DNA of 64,000 nucleotides from Rhodothermales bacterium (GCA_965208025.1 OZ242302.1:1936727-2000726), one strand, 5' to 3'; counted from the first letter of the stretch, positions 10,814-20,643 are shown. The notes: a model not told the origin generated them from the letters alone. Translations and numbers: made by a program.

Positions 10814-13800
10814 ATGATGATAGAAAGAATCATTGAAGGATCAGTGAAAAACCGCTTCCTGATCATCCTGCTAACTCTTTTGATCGGGGCAGCCGGTGTG
10901 TATGTTCTATTCCGAACACCAGTTGATGCGATCCCTGATCTGAGCGATGTTCAGGTTATTGTCCACACTGAGTATCCCGGGCAGGCTCCGCAGGTCGTTG
11001 AAGATCAGGTTACCTACCCACTGACTACGGCGATGCTCGCAGTGCCATTCGCCAAGGCAGTGCGAGGCTATTCTTATTTCGGTTCGTCATTCGTCTACAT
11101 CATTTTTGAAGACGGGACAGACCTGTATTGGGCTCGGAGTCGTGTCTTAGAATCTCTGAACTATGTGGGAGGACGACTACCAAGTGGAGTAACCCCTGCA
11201 TTGGGGCCGGACGCTACGGGGGTGGGATGGGTATTCAAATATGTACTTCACAGTGACCACCTTCACGATCTTCAACAACTGCGCTCCATTCAAGACTGGT
11301 ATCTACGCTATGAGTTGATGAGTGTACCGGGAGTGGCTGAGGTCGCCTCTATTGGAGGCTATGTGAAGCAGTATCAGGTGGAAGTTGATCCCAATAAGCT
11401 TCTGGCCTACAATGTACCACTGTCCAGAGTTCGCACTGCTTTACGGCGAAGTAACAGTGATGTGGGTGGTCGCCTGATTGAGATGGGCGAAACCGAATTT
11501 ATGGTACGTGGGCTGGGGTATATCCAATCAATTGAAGATGTGGAGAATACGCCTGTCGGAGTGGACGAGAACGGCACCCCGGTACTCATTCGGAATATTG
11601 CTGATGTACACTTGGGACCCGAACTGCGGCGCGGACTCATTGACTGGAACGGTGAAGGTGAAGCTGTCGGTGGCATTGTCGTGATGCGTTACGGAGAAAA
11701 TGTACTCAGGACGATTGATGCTGTGAAAGAAAAATTGGAAGAATTAAAAAGGGGATTACCAGAAGGGATTACCATTCACACGACCTACGACCGCAGTAAC
11801 CTGATCAAGCGAGCCATTGACAACCTCAAAGATAAGCTATTGATTGAAAGCATCATTGTCGCAGTCGTGATCATGATGTTTCTGCTGCATGTCCGAAGTG
11901 CATTTGTAGTGATCCTCACCCTGCCTCTCGGCATTCTCATTGCGTTCTTCGTCATGTACATCCAGGGCCTGAATGCCAATATTATGTCCCTGAGTGGGAT
12001 TGCTATCGCCATTGGGGCCATGGTGGATGCCTCTGTCGTAATGGTTGAAAATGCCCATAAGCATCTTGAGCGTCAGAAAGGGGAAAAAGATCACTGGCGC
12101 ATCGTTGTGAATGCAGCAAAAGAGGTTGGACCAGCACTATTCTACTCGCTCCTGATCATCACACTTTCTTTCCTGCCTGTTTTCACATTGGAAGCTCAGG
12201 AGGGACGGCTTTTCAAGCCTCTGGCCTTTACAAAAACCTATGTGATGGCTGCCTCCGCCCTTTTATCTATCACGATAGTTCCAGTCCTGATGGGATATTT
12301 TGTTCGTGGCAGAATCCTGCCCGAAAAGAAGAATCCAGTTAGCCGCCTACTGATTAGAGCCTACAAGCCTGTGATTCAAATAGTTCTTCGTTTCAGATGG
12401 TTGACGATCATTGTGGCGCTGGTGATCCTTGGCGCTACGGTTTACCCACTTGGAAAACTTAGCAGGGAATTCATGCCTCCTTTGAATGAAGGAGATCTTC
12501 TCTACATGCCTACAACGGATCCCGGGATCAGTATCACGAAAGTCAAGGAGCTATTACAGCAGACCGACAAGATCATCAAAAGTTTTCCCGAGGTTGAACA
12601 TGTCATGGGCAAGGCTGGGCGGGCAGGAACTGCGACCGATCCTGCTCCCCTATCCATGTTGGAGACTATCATCACTCTCAAGCCTGAACATGAATGGCGC
12701 GAGGGGATGACAATGGATCATCTCATTGGTGAACTTAATGACGCAATCAATTTTCCCGGTTTAACCAACACATGGACAATGCCAATCAAGGCCCGCATTG
12801 ATATGCTTTCTACGGGGATCAAAACTCCTGTAGGTATCAAGCTCATGGGACCGGATCTGGCGGTCCTTGCTAATCTCAGCCAAGAGGTGGCTGCTGTGGT
12901 ACAGTCAATCCCTGGCACGCAGAGTGCGTATCCGGATAAGACGGTTGGAGGTAAATTTCTTGATTATAAAATCAACCGCACGGTTGGAGGTAAATTTCTT
13001 GATTATAAAATCAACCGCGAAGAATCCGCCCGATACGGGCTCACCGTAGGTGACGTACAGGATGTAATCCTGTCGGCCATCGGAGGGATGAACGTTACGC
13101 AGACCGTTGAGGGACTGGAGCGATATCCAGTCAATGTTCGATACAGCCGAGAGCTTCGGGACAATTTGCCTGCACTGAATCGGGTTCTGATCCCTACGCC
13201 CACGGGAGCACAGATTCCGCTCAGTTATGTAGCTGATTTTAACATTGTGAACGGACCTCCTGTGATCAAGAGCGAGAACGCTCGCAAGACATCTTGGGTG
13301 CACATTAATATGCAAGATTCTGATATAGAAACATATGTGAACCGTGCTCGCACAGCGGTCAATGAGCAGGTGACCTTCCCCGAGGGATACAGTATTGTCT
13401 GGAGTGGTCAATATGAATACATTACCCGTGCTCAGCAGCGCCTGCAGTTGGTCATCCCAATTACCCTACTCGTCATCTTTGTACTTCTATACCTGAATTT
13501 TAGAAATGTCACCGAAAGTTTGATTGTGATGCTGTCCTTACCTTTTTCAGTCGTTGGAGGAATCTGGTTACTCTATGTACTGGACTACCATCTCAGTGTC
13601 GCTTCTGGGGTGGGGTTTATTGCCCTTGCGGGCGTCGCAGCTGAAACAGGAGTGGTCATGCTGATCTACTTGAATCAAGCTTACAGGGAAAAGCTGTCTC
13701 AGGGTCGGATGAATTCGGTGAAGGATCTCTACGATGTGGTCATTTCTGGTGCTGTTGATCGTGTGCGTCCTAAAATGATCACTGTCATTACAATCATGGC

Positions 13801-13987
13801 AGGGCTGTTACCTATCCTGTGGGGTACTGGCACTGGTTCAGAGGTCATGAAGCGCATCGTGGCCCCGATGGTGGGCGGAATGGTTTCTGTAACAATATTG
13901 ACACTCATTGTCATCCCAGTAATTTACTATCTGTGGAAACGTCATGCCTTGCGGCGAGATGTAGAGAGGGATTCATTGGAATACTGA
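10814..13987 (+). CDS. cusA: heavy-metal efflux RND transporter, CusA-type (Cu/Ag)
   Basis: 1057-aa, 12-TM RND pump. TM4 reads GIAIAIGAMVDASVVMVENAHKHLE, which matches the CusA-type AxGAMVDA motif rather than the CzcA DFGIIVDGAVV motif. The gene contains an in-frame 13-aa tandem duplication, listed as a separate repeat feature. Confidence 0.93.
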   Translation: MMIERIIEGSVKNRFLIILLTLLIGAAGVYVLFRTPVDAIPDLSDVQVIVHTEYPGQAPQVVEDQVTYPLTTAMLAVPFAKAVRGYSYFGSSFVYIIFEDGTDLYWARSRVLESLNYVGGRLPSGVTPALGPDATGVGWVFKYVLHSDHLHDLQQLRSIQDWYLRYELMSVPGVAEVASIGGYVKQYQVEVDPNKLLAYNVPLSRVRTALRRSNSDVGGRLIEMGETEFMVRGLGYIQSIEDVENTPVGVDENGTPVLIRNIADVHLGPELRRGLIDWNGEGEAVGGIVVMRYGENVLRTIDAVKEKLEELKRGLPEGITIHTTYDRSNLIKRAIDNLKDKLLIESIIVAVVIMMFLLHVRSAFVVILTLPLGILIAFFVMYIQGLNANIMSLSGIAIAIGAMVDASVVMVENAHKHLERQKGEKDHWRIVVNAAKEVGPALFYSLLIITLSFLPVFTLEAQEGRLFKPLAFTKTYVMAASALLSITIVPVLMGYFVRGRILPEKKNPVSRLLIRAYKPVIQIVLRFRWLTIIVALVILGATVYPLGKLSREFMPPLNEGDLLYMPTTDPGISITKVKELLQQTDKIIKSFPEVEHVMGKAGRAGTATDPAPLSMLETIITLKPEHEWREGMTMDHLIGELNDAINFPGLTNTWTMPIKARIDMLSTGIKTPVGIKLMGPDLAVLANLSQEVAAVVQSIPGTQSAYPDKTVGGKFLDYKINRTVGGKFLDYKINREESARYGLTVGDVQDVILSAIGGMNVTQTVEGLERYPVNVRYSRELRDNLPALNRVLIPTPTGAQIPLSYVADFNIVNGPPVIKSENARKTSWVHINMQDSDIETYVNRARTAVNEQVTFPEGYSIVWSGQYEYITRAQQRLQLVIPITLLVIFVLLYLNFRNVTESLIVMLSLPFSVVGGIWLLYVLDYHLSVASGVGFIALAGVAAETGVVMLIYLNQAYREKLSQGRMNSVKDLYDVVISGAVDRVRPKMITVITIMAGLLPILWGTGTGSEVMKRIVAPMVGGMVSVTILTLIVIPVIYYLWKRHALRRDVERDSLEY
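12941..13018 (+). repeat. perfect 39-nt x2 tandem duplication inside cusA (13 codons, TVGGKFLDYKINR x2)
   Basis: nt 12941-12979 and 12980-13018 are identical (acggttggaggtaaatttcttgattataaaatcaaccgc). The duplication is in frame. Confidence 0.97.
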
Positions 13988-14856
13988 TCTCAAGTTGCTA
14001 CTTTATGGTGTTCCCAATGGATGGAATTTTCCCATTTCTGCTTTGAGGATTCCTAACTTCAATTTTCAGAGCTTCAGCAGCCTTGTTTGGCCCAACTAAC
14101 TGCTTTGAGTTCCTTGGCTTTGTTCACTGAAATGTAGAGGGCTTCCCTCCTTTATGAGACCAGAATCTAATCAAGAAACAACCCTAAGAATGTTTTTATT
14201 GATCACTCTTACATCATCTCTATCATGAATTCTCTAAAAGGTGGTTCGGTCTGCATTGATAGTCTCTTTCCATTCTGCCAGATCAATTTGCTTCATTATG
14301 GGAGGCAAGGCACACAGCATAAACGGCTTCTCCAGCAGCTATAATTGCACTTATTGCACCAATCCAATCATCTGGTATCGTAGTGATCGGGATAGATGTG
14401 AAGTTGTCGCATACTACAATGTGGTTCTGCAGTTACCCCGGCCTTCAAATTGTGTAAGAACTAGCAGACGCAAGGTAGAGAGATTTGAAATACCTGAGAC
14501 AAAAATCCAATTCATTTAAAAGTTGCCAGCTATTTTCTCTGGTAATCAGTGCCCATACATTTGATACGTAGAGTTGCTCGTCTAATAGAATTACAGTATA
14601 CGAGTTGGGGACCAACACCTGCACTGTTGACTATGCTGGTAATTTCATCTCAATACACAAAATAGCGAAGATTCCTAGTCAGGAGCCTGAAGCAGGCATC
14701 CCCAAAGGTCAAACCGCTAACCCATCAGCCATTTGCGCAGGAGCTGAGTGAGGAGTTTGATATGCCCAGTGCAAGTATGGAAAGAGTACGACAAGCATTA
14801 TTCATGCCCCTTGATACAACTGGTGACGTTTCGGAAAATCCGCAGGAGGAAGATAG

Positions 14857-15154
14857 CTAAAATTGCTTATCTTGATAATTGCTAAATAGGTACCGGGCGA
14901 GCAGTATAACGGGAGCAAATACAGTTGATAGTGCTGTGCCTAGCATAGCTATCAATACCGTATCACTCAATTTGAATCCAGAAGCATTAGGTCCACTCAG
15001 AAACAGGAATAAAATTGAACAAACAAGACTTCCTATTGCTATTCTGACAAAGAGATCTGCATACCGATAACGGTTCTCATTCTTCCGTTCTTTGCTCCTC
15101 TATACGAATCTCGTGTTGCCTATTTTACAACTCGAATTCACGAACTCTTTCTTT
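14857..15154. repeat. direct repeat copy A (~298 bp), partner at 17434-17729
   Basis: By eye there are only 3 substitutions over the first ~235 nt, and the last ~60 nt are more diverged. Copy A ends exactly where an ISL3-type terminal repeat (ggttctacc...) begins at 15155. Confidence 0.9.
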
Positions 15155-15601
15155 GGTTCTACCGCAATTCGTGTGGAATGCTTACCTTTCGTTCTCTCTA
15201 AATTTATATATTTTGGTTCTACCACAAACCTTATGGATAAAAGTCTAACCATCCGCGGATGAGTAGAATAATGCGTTCCATGTGTTCAAACCTACACTAT
15301 ATCTGGCAACCATTTTGAGTTCTTGGATTTTGCCATTAAGTTCTGTTATGGTGTTCAATCGTATGGGCTATGGCGCATTACAGGCTCCGTCAAGATGTCG
15401 CTGATACATTTCAGCAACCATGAGACAATCTTGATGCACCTCTATTCAACACGTATCATCTACATTTCTACAGATCCCTCTGGTTCATAAATGGTTCTCA
15501 TTCCACACAAATTGTGATCCTTTTTTTTCGTCCTACCCAGACCCCAGACCCTACCCAAGGTTCATAAATGGTTCTCATTCCACACAAATTGTGATAGAAC
15601 C
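15155..15601. mobile_element. nest of ISL3-family end fragments (solo inverted repeats plus a decayed transposase 3' end; MITE-like)
   Basis: Terminal repeat motifs of the intact ISL3 at 54180-55461 recur here. ggttctaccgcaattcgtgtggaatg is at 15155-15180 and ggttctaccacaaaccttatgg at 15215-15236. cattccacacaaattgtgatcc is at 15499-15520 and cattccacacaaattgtgatagaacc at 15576-15601. Region 15240-15440 resembles the 54200-54400 transposase 3' region (for example gcattacagg..caagatgtcgctga). A 37-nt direct repeat lies at 15482-15518 and 15559-15595. Confidence 0.7.
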
Positions 15602-15820
15602 ATATATTCTGACCTTCTAAATCAATCCATTTTTGAAGAGATCAACAAGAAAGCATGTCTCCTTGAAGATGCATTGGGGGGTGACGTTATTTTCTATCAT
15701 GGCGGGATTCATTTATCCTATTTTAGGGTTTTTCGAGATTTTGTTGAAAAAATAAAATCAAAGTCAGCGAGAGAAGAAGATGCTATCCTGAATTACCGGG
15801 AAGCATCTATGCTATGGAAA

Positions 15821-16652
15821 TCAGTGATAGGTGCCATAGTAGCCACGCTTGAGCAATGACCAGAAGGATTCCATACCGTTGATATGGGCTTCCCCGTTCA
15901 CGTATTCCTTGACCGAGTGTTTAACGGTCGCATAAGCAGCTCTTTTTAATGCCTGATACGCTCCTGCGGTCATCGGTATATACTTGTGCCTCTTTGTTTG
16001 AAGTGCTGTATACGAAGCCTGTGATCGTCTCTGCGGTCGTGTCTGTAACGACCTGCGCTTGAACCCTCTTGGTCTCACGGTCTTTGGCTCCTACGACAGC
16101 CGTTTTACCAACGGTTCCCCGTCCCGCGTTCAGTTTCTTGTGTTCGTGTTTGTTCTTTTCTTTACCTCCTACGTAGGTCTCATCTACTTCAACGGGGCCT
16201 GCAAACTCTTCAAGATCATTATTCCATGATTCACGGATCCAATGCGCCAAATGCCAAGCAGTTTTCTGAGTCACATCCAGATCGCGGTGTAGCTTCATAC
16301 CGGAAACGCCTTTGATTCCTGTGTCTATGATGTAGATCGCTAATGCCCATACTTGATAACTCAACTTGGAATCCCGTATGACCGTTCCTACGCGCACGCT
16401 GAACCGCTTACGACAGCCCTCTTCTCTGCACTGATAGGGCATGTGATGTTTGGCACCAGTCTGTACATTTGTGGATCCGCAGTGTGGGCAGCAAGGTTCG
16501 TTTCCCCAACGTTGCTGTGCAAACCACTTTTCAGCAGTAGCATCATCGGGAAACATCTGCATAAGCTTGACCCATGATATTCCCTTGCGGAATGATTTGC
16601 CTGGTCCTGTTCGTTGTTTACTCATTGTATTTAATTGTCGCTGTGTACCCAA
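15821..16652 (-). pseudogene. IS1595-family transposase, frameshifted and apparently 3'-truncated
   Basis: There is an N-terminal zinc-ribbon (CCPHCGS...CREEGC) and a DDE region. The reading frame switches from ORF 15921-16652 to ORF 15821-16078 by a 1-nt shift near nt 15965-15975 (...VYTDD | GAYQALKRAAYATVKHSVKEYVNGEAHINGMESFWSLLKRGYYGTYH). The ORF stops right after GTYH, where family members normally continue. Confidence 0.8.
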
Positions 16653-16799
16653 ATATGCGACATTGTCTGCTAATGGTTACAACAAATAGGTAGATTTTTC
16701 AACTTTTTTGGAAAATTGAAACTTTTTATGTACCGCCACATATTGTAAATATAAGTAGCGCCGGTACCGACAACACACACACAATACCGAGTACAATAC

Positions 16800-17252
16800 A
16801 TGGCTACAGTATTAGATGTTGCAGCTTACATATTGAAACAGAAAAAAGTTCTCTCTACATGGAAACTTCAGAAGCTGGTGTACTACAGTCAAGCATGGTC
16901 GCTTGTTTGGGACGAAGAACCCTTATTTAAAGAGAAAATCCAGGCATGGATCAATGGGCCTGTGTGTCCTGCTCTGTACAAAGAACATAAAGGAAGATTC
17001 CAAATTCGTAAAATCTCTTCTGGCGATCCAACAAAACTAAACCAAGATCAGAGGGAAACCGTGGATGCAGTTCTCAGATTCTACGGTGATAAACCTCCAC
17101 ATTGGCTAAGCCATTTGACGCACATGGAGCCCCCTTGGAAAAATGCACGCAAGGGGCTTTCAATGAGAGAACGGGGAAGTGCAGTTATCTCTCATGGTGC
17201 AATGGCAGATTATTACGGAGGCATCAATGCAGACGACCCTCTTCCGCTTTGA
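16800..17252 (+). CDS. Panacea (DUF4065)/SocA-type antitoxin domain protein
   Basis: 150-aa ORF. The pattern VAAYILKQ...STWKLQKLVYYSQAWSLVWDEEPLFKEKIQAWINGPVCPALY matches the KLQKLLYY...W..GPV.P.lY signature of DUF4065/Panacea proteins. Confidence 0.75.
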   Translation: MATVLDVAAYILKQKKVLSTWKLQKLVYYSQAWSLVWDEEPLFKEKIQAWINGPVCPALYKEHKGRFQIRKISSGDPTKLNQDQRETVDAVLRFYGDKPPHWLSHLTHMEPPWKNARKGLSMRERGSAVISHGAMADYYGGINADDPLPL

Positions 17253-17433
17253 TTGATGGGAGGGAGTGGATTGAATCAGGAATTTGATATGCCCGGAGCA
17301 AGCATGAAAACAGTACGAGAGGCTTTCTTCAAGTCTCTCGCTCCAAAGGAAAGCTCTCAGAAGCCTAAGAAATAGTGAGTCAATCTCTAGGGAAGGGATC
17401 CAGCTACCAATTGTTACTTTGGGATATAATTCC

Positions 17434-17729
17434 CTAAAATTGCTTATCTTGATAATTACTAAATGGGTACCGGGCGAGCAGTATAACGGGAGCAAATACA
17501 GTTGATAGTGCTGTGCCTAGCATAGCTATCAATACCGTATCACTCAATTTGAATCCAGAAGCATTAGGTCCACTTAGAAACAGGAATAAAATTGAACAAA
17601 CAAGACTTCCTATTGCTATTCTGACAAAGAGATCTGCATACCGATAACGGTTCTCATTCTTCCGTTCTTACTCCTCTATACGGATCTCGTTTTACCCATT
17701 TGACAGCTCGAATCCACGAACTCTTTCTT
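17434..17729. repeat. direct repeat copy B (~296 bp), partner at 14857-15154
   Basis: See copy A. Copy B ends exactly where a second, different ISL3-type terminal repeat (ggctcttc...) begins at 17730. Confidence 0.9.
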
Positions 17730-17922
17730 GGCTCTTCAATTATTTTAGTGAACGGGGTCTATTTCGAACACTTTCTGGATAGAGATCCAGACCTCCCAGA
17801 TAGAAGTAGATCGCGTTCCTCAACCGATCAACATTACGGAAGCCGCGGCTACGAATTTTTACGGTTTTGATTCGACTGTTAATGCTTTCTGCCGGGGCAG
17901 TTCTTACTTTTTCGTTCATCAT
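17730..17922 (-). pseudogene. ISL3-family transposase 3'-terminal fragment with its terminal inverted repeat
   Basis: The 60-aa ORF ...NSRIKTVKIRSRGFRNVDRLRNAIYFYLGGLDLYP parallels the C-terminus of the intact ISL3 transposase in this window (...INGKIQEIKTVGRGYRTFEKFRSAILFFCGGLDLYP). The terminal ggctcttc is a classic ISL3 inverted-repeat start. No upstream transposase sequence remains. Confidence 0.8.
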
Positions 17923-18386
17923 GAATCACCTTAGATTTTTTTCACACCTCCAAAACGAACTCACCCATAAAAATAGTTTTTCAACTGAATTTTGACATGG
18001 GCAACCTGCCATTTAGCCATTAATTGATTCAGTTCTTGACTTAAGATTAGTGGGTTAATCAGTCTGCTACTGATGAGGTTCCTAGTCATTACCTACCATT
18101 ATTTAACATGATTCAGACAAACTATCAGTAAGCAACGATATCCTGCTACTCTCAGTTCATGCTGGATGATGGTGTCCAACCAACGTTAGAGACAAATCAT
18201 CCGCAGACGCTTTTTTGGCGAGAAAAGACACGAAAGTGAAGTACAAATTGTATCTTTGATTTTGGTTGGTTTCTTCAGTTTGAATGAGTTCAGAGTGAAG
18301 AAATCCCCATAAAATCCCAAGTCAACAGGATTCAGTGATTTTACGAAAACCTGAATTAGGATGAGCATATTCCAAAGTATCACATA

Positions 18387-19148
18387 ATGCAATCTGAGAC
18401 GATTCTAAATAATAATCTGTCTCTAATCTCTCTTGAGCAGGATCACGCTGCGATAATACGGAAGAGAGTGCAAAAGTATCTTGAAACTGCTCTGATTGAG
18501 GATGATACGCCAACATTGGTCCGTAATACAGACCGAGTGGACAACTACGGTGAGGTTTTCACACCGAACTGGTTTGTCAAACAAATGCTTGACTTCATGC
18601 CCGGTGATCCAGTGGCAGACCTTGATAAGTCAGCACTTGATCCTTCCTGTGGGAATGGACAATTTCTAACGGAGGGACTACGTCGCAAATTGGTTACCGC
18701 TGCACTGCAGTACTCAGATTCACTTGATCACGAACAATATCAATTTGACTGCCTGCGCGCACTCTCTAAACTCTACGGGATTGATATTAACGCTGATACT
18801 GCTACCGAGGCTCAGGAGCGTTTGGCTGCCATCGTATTCAAGGCATATGAGTCAGTTACGGCCTGTACGCCTGAATTTGACTTTTGTCAGGCAGTTGAGT
18901 ATATCCTTCGTACCAATATTGTGATTGGAGACTTTCTGGCAGATAATTATAGATTGGTAGAATGGATCCCCCATGAAAAACACTCCTTTGAGAGGAAATT
19001 CTGGCATGCGGAGGTGATTTTTTCAAAGAAGAGTCGACGAAGCACACTCTTTGAAGACGTTGATGAACCTGTGAAGGTACTCCCACCAATACACTGGAGA
19101 TCCCTCACTGGTCATGAAATTGAAAATGCATACGCCCGACATTCTTGA
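18387..19148 (+). CDS. methyltransferase-like protein: N-terminal half of a gamma-class N6-adenine MTase fold, lacking catalytic motif IV
   Basis: 253-aa ORF with motif X (YGEVFTP), motif I (LDPSCGNGQFL) and a motif II/III-like LYGIDIN...NIVIGDFL. No (N/D)PP(Y/F) motif is present before the stop. It overlaps the next gene by 35 nt. Confidence 0.6.
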   Translation: MQSETILNNNLSLISLEQDHAAIIRKRVQKYLETALIEDDTPTLVRNTDRVDNYGEVFTPNWFVKQMLDFMPGDPVADLDKSALDPSCGNGQFLTEGLRRKLVTAALQYSDSLDHEQYQFDCLRALSKLYGIDINADTATEAQERLAAIVFKAYESVTACTPEFDFCQAVEYILRTNIVIGDFLADNYRLVEWIPHEKHSFERKFWHAEVIFSKKSRRSTLFEDVDEPVKVLPPIHWRSLTGHEIENAYARHS

Positions 19149-20643
19149 ATGCTTAGCGAATTTGTCGAGTGACGAGGTCTTCACGCCTCCAGCATTTGCG
19201 AATTCAATGTTGGATCATTTGCCAGATCGCGTCTGGAAAGACCCATCGCTCAAATGGCTTGATCCATGTACCAAGAGCGGGGTATTTCTGCGTGAGGCGG
19301 CACGGAGACTGATGAGAAGTTTGGAACCCGAGATTCCAAATTTTGAGCACCGCCGGGAGCATATCTATCAAAACATGCTTTTTGGTATTGCTATTTCAGA
19401 ACTTACCGCACTCATTTCTCGTCGCACGCTGTATCACTGCAAAGATGCCACACTTCCATCACACAGTATCGTCACCTTTGACACACCAGAGGGAAATGTT
19501 CGATTTCCCGAAGCAATATGCGAATGGAAAAATGGAAGATGTATTCATTGCGGGGTGAATGAGAACAAGGACCCGTTACCCGAGGGGAGAGAAGCACATG
19601 TTCATCCCTTCCTTCATATGGATTTAGACGAAATATTTGAAGAGGACAACATGCAAGTAGATATCATCATGGGAAACCCTCCCTATCAAATGCAAGATGG
19701 AGGCGGCACAGGGAAAAGTGCATGTCCACTATATAACAAATTTGTGAATAAGGCAATTGAGACTGAATCAGATTTGATCACCTATGTTATTCCTGCCCGC
19801 TGGTACGCAGGCGGGAGAGGATTGGATAAATTCAGATCTCAGATGCTTTCAGATTCTCGGATCTCAATCCTCCAAGACTACCCAAGGTCGGAAGATGTCT
19901 TCCCAGGAGTTGATATCGCAGGTGGAATTTGTTCGTTTTTGCGTGACAAGGATCACTCTGGCGACTGTTTGATCATTCCCAATGGGGACATTCAAGTGTC
20001 AAATATTCGCAGGTTAGATGCACATGAAGTATTTATACGAGATGTCTCTGATCTATCAATTTTAGAAAAAGTACGGGTGGTTGCCAAACACCAAGGATTT
20101 GATTCCATGAGCAGGTCTGTTCGATCTCATAATTTCTTTGGAATTCGGCCTCATGAACTTCCATCTTCAATTGCCGACAAATCATGTACCGAAGCCGATA
20201 TTCAACTGGTGACCAAAGATGGAGATAAGTATATCCCCAGATCCGCAGTGCTCAAGAATTCAGATAGAATTGATCAATGGAAAGTAATTGCATCTAAAAC
20301 TAACCCCCAAGGTGGAAGACCTGATAAACAAGGGCTTCGCCATGTGATTAGTAAGCCCCGGGTAATCCCCCCAGGAAGCGCATGCACCGAGACGTATCTT
20401 GTGATTGACCTCTTCAAGCAACCAGAACCAGCTGGTCGGCTATTTGATTATGTGAAGTCACAATTTTTTCGTTTCCTATTATCTCTCCGAACTCCAACTC
20501 ATAATATCTCTCGAACCTGTTTTGAATTTATTCCCTATCTGCCACTAGATCGTAACTGGACAGATGAGATTTTGTACCAATTCTTCTCATTAGACAGTGC
20601 AGATATTGATCATATTGAAAGCAAAATCAAGCCCATCAGTTGA
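19114..20643 (+). CDS. N6-adenine DNA methyltransferase (Eco57I/TaqI-like gamma class)
   Basis: 509-aa ORF with motif X (DEVFTPP), a degenerate motif I (LDPCTKSGVFL) and catalytic motif IV (IIMGNPPYQ, NPPY at nt 19675-19686). A Cys/His cluster (YHC...AICEWKNGRCIHCG) is inserted between motifs. An alternative start is at 19126. Confidence 0.8.
   Translation: MKLKMHTPDILECLANLSSDEVFTPPAFANSMLDHLPDRVWKDPSLKWLDPCTKSGVFLREAARRLMRSLEPEIPNFEHRREHIYQNMLFGIAISELTALISRRTLYHCKDATLPSHSIVTFDTPEGNVRFPEAICEWKNGRCIHCGVNENKDPLPEGREAHVHPFLHMDLDEIFEEDNMQVDIIMGNPPYQMQDGGGTGKSACPLYNKFVNKAIETESDLITYVIPARWYAGGRGLDKFRSQMLSDSRISILQDYPRSEDVFPGVDIAGGICSFLRDKDHSGDCLIIPNGDIQVSNIRRLDAHEVFIRDVSDLSILEKVRVVAKHQGFDSMSRSVRSHNFFGIRPHELPSSIADKSCTEADIQLVTKDGDKYIPRSAVLKNSDRIDQWKVIASKTNPQGGRPDKQGLRHVISKPRVIPPGSACTETYLVIDLFKQPEPAGRLFDYVKSQFFRFLLSLRTPTHNISRTCFEFIPYLPLDRNWTDEILYQFFSLDSADIDHIESKIKPIS

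Noticed and set aside
14241-14519. A 92-aa plus-strand ORF, plus minus-strand fragments such as ...IPITTIPDDWIGAISAIIAAGEAVYAVCLASHNEAN.
   Set aside because: The frames are broken by stops on both strands. This is probably a decayed gene, and there is not enough intact sequence to call a product.
14879-15070. A 63-aa plus-strand ORF inside direct repeat copy A. A similar frame is open in copy B but lacks a start codon.
   Set aside because: It has low-complexity, non-protein-like composition. The opposite strand gives a much more protein-like (two-TM) reading, and the region is better explained as a repeat or gene remnant.
15821-16652. The two overlapping minus-strand ORFs (15921-16652 and 15821-16078) treated as separate genes.
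   Set aside because: Together they read as one IS1595-type transposase interrupted by a 1-nt frameshift near 15965-15975, so they are annotated as a single pseudogene.
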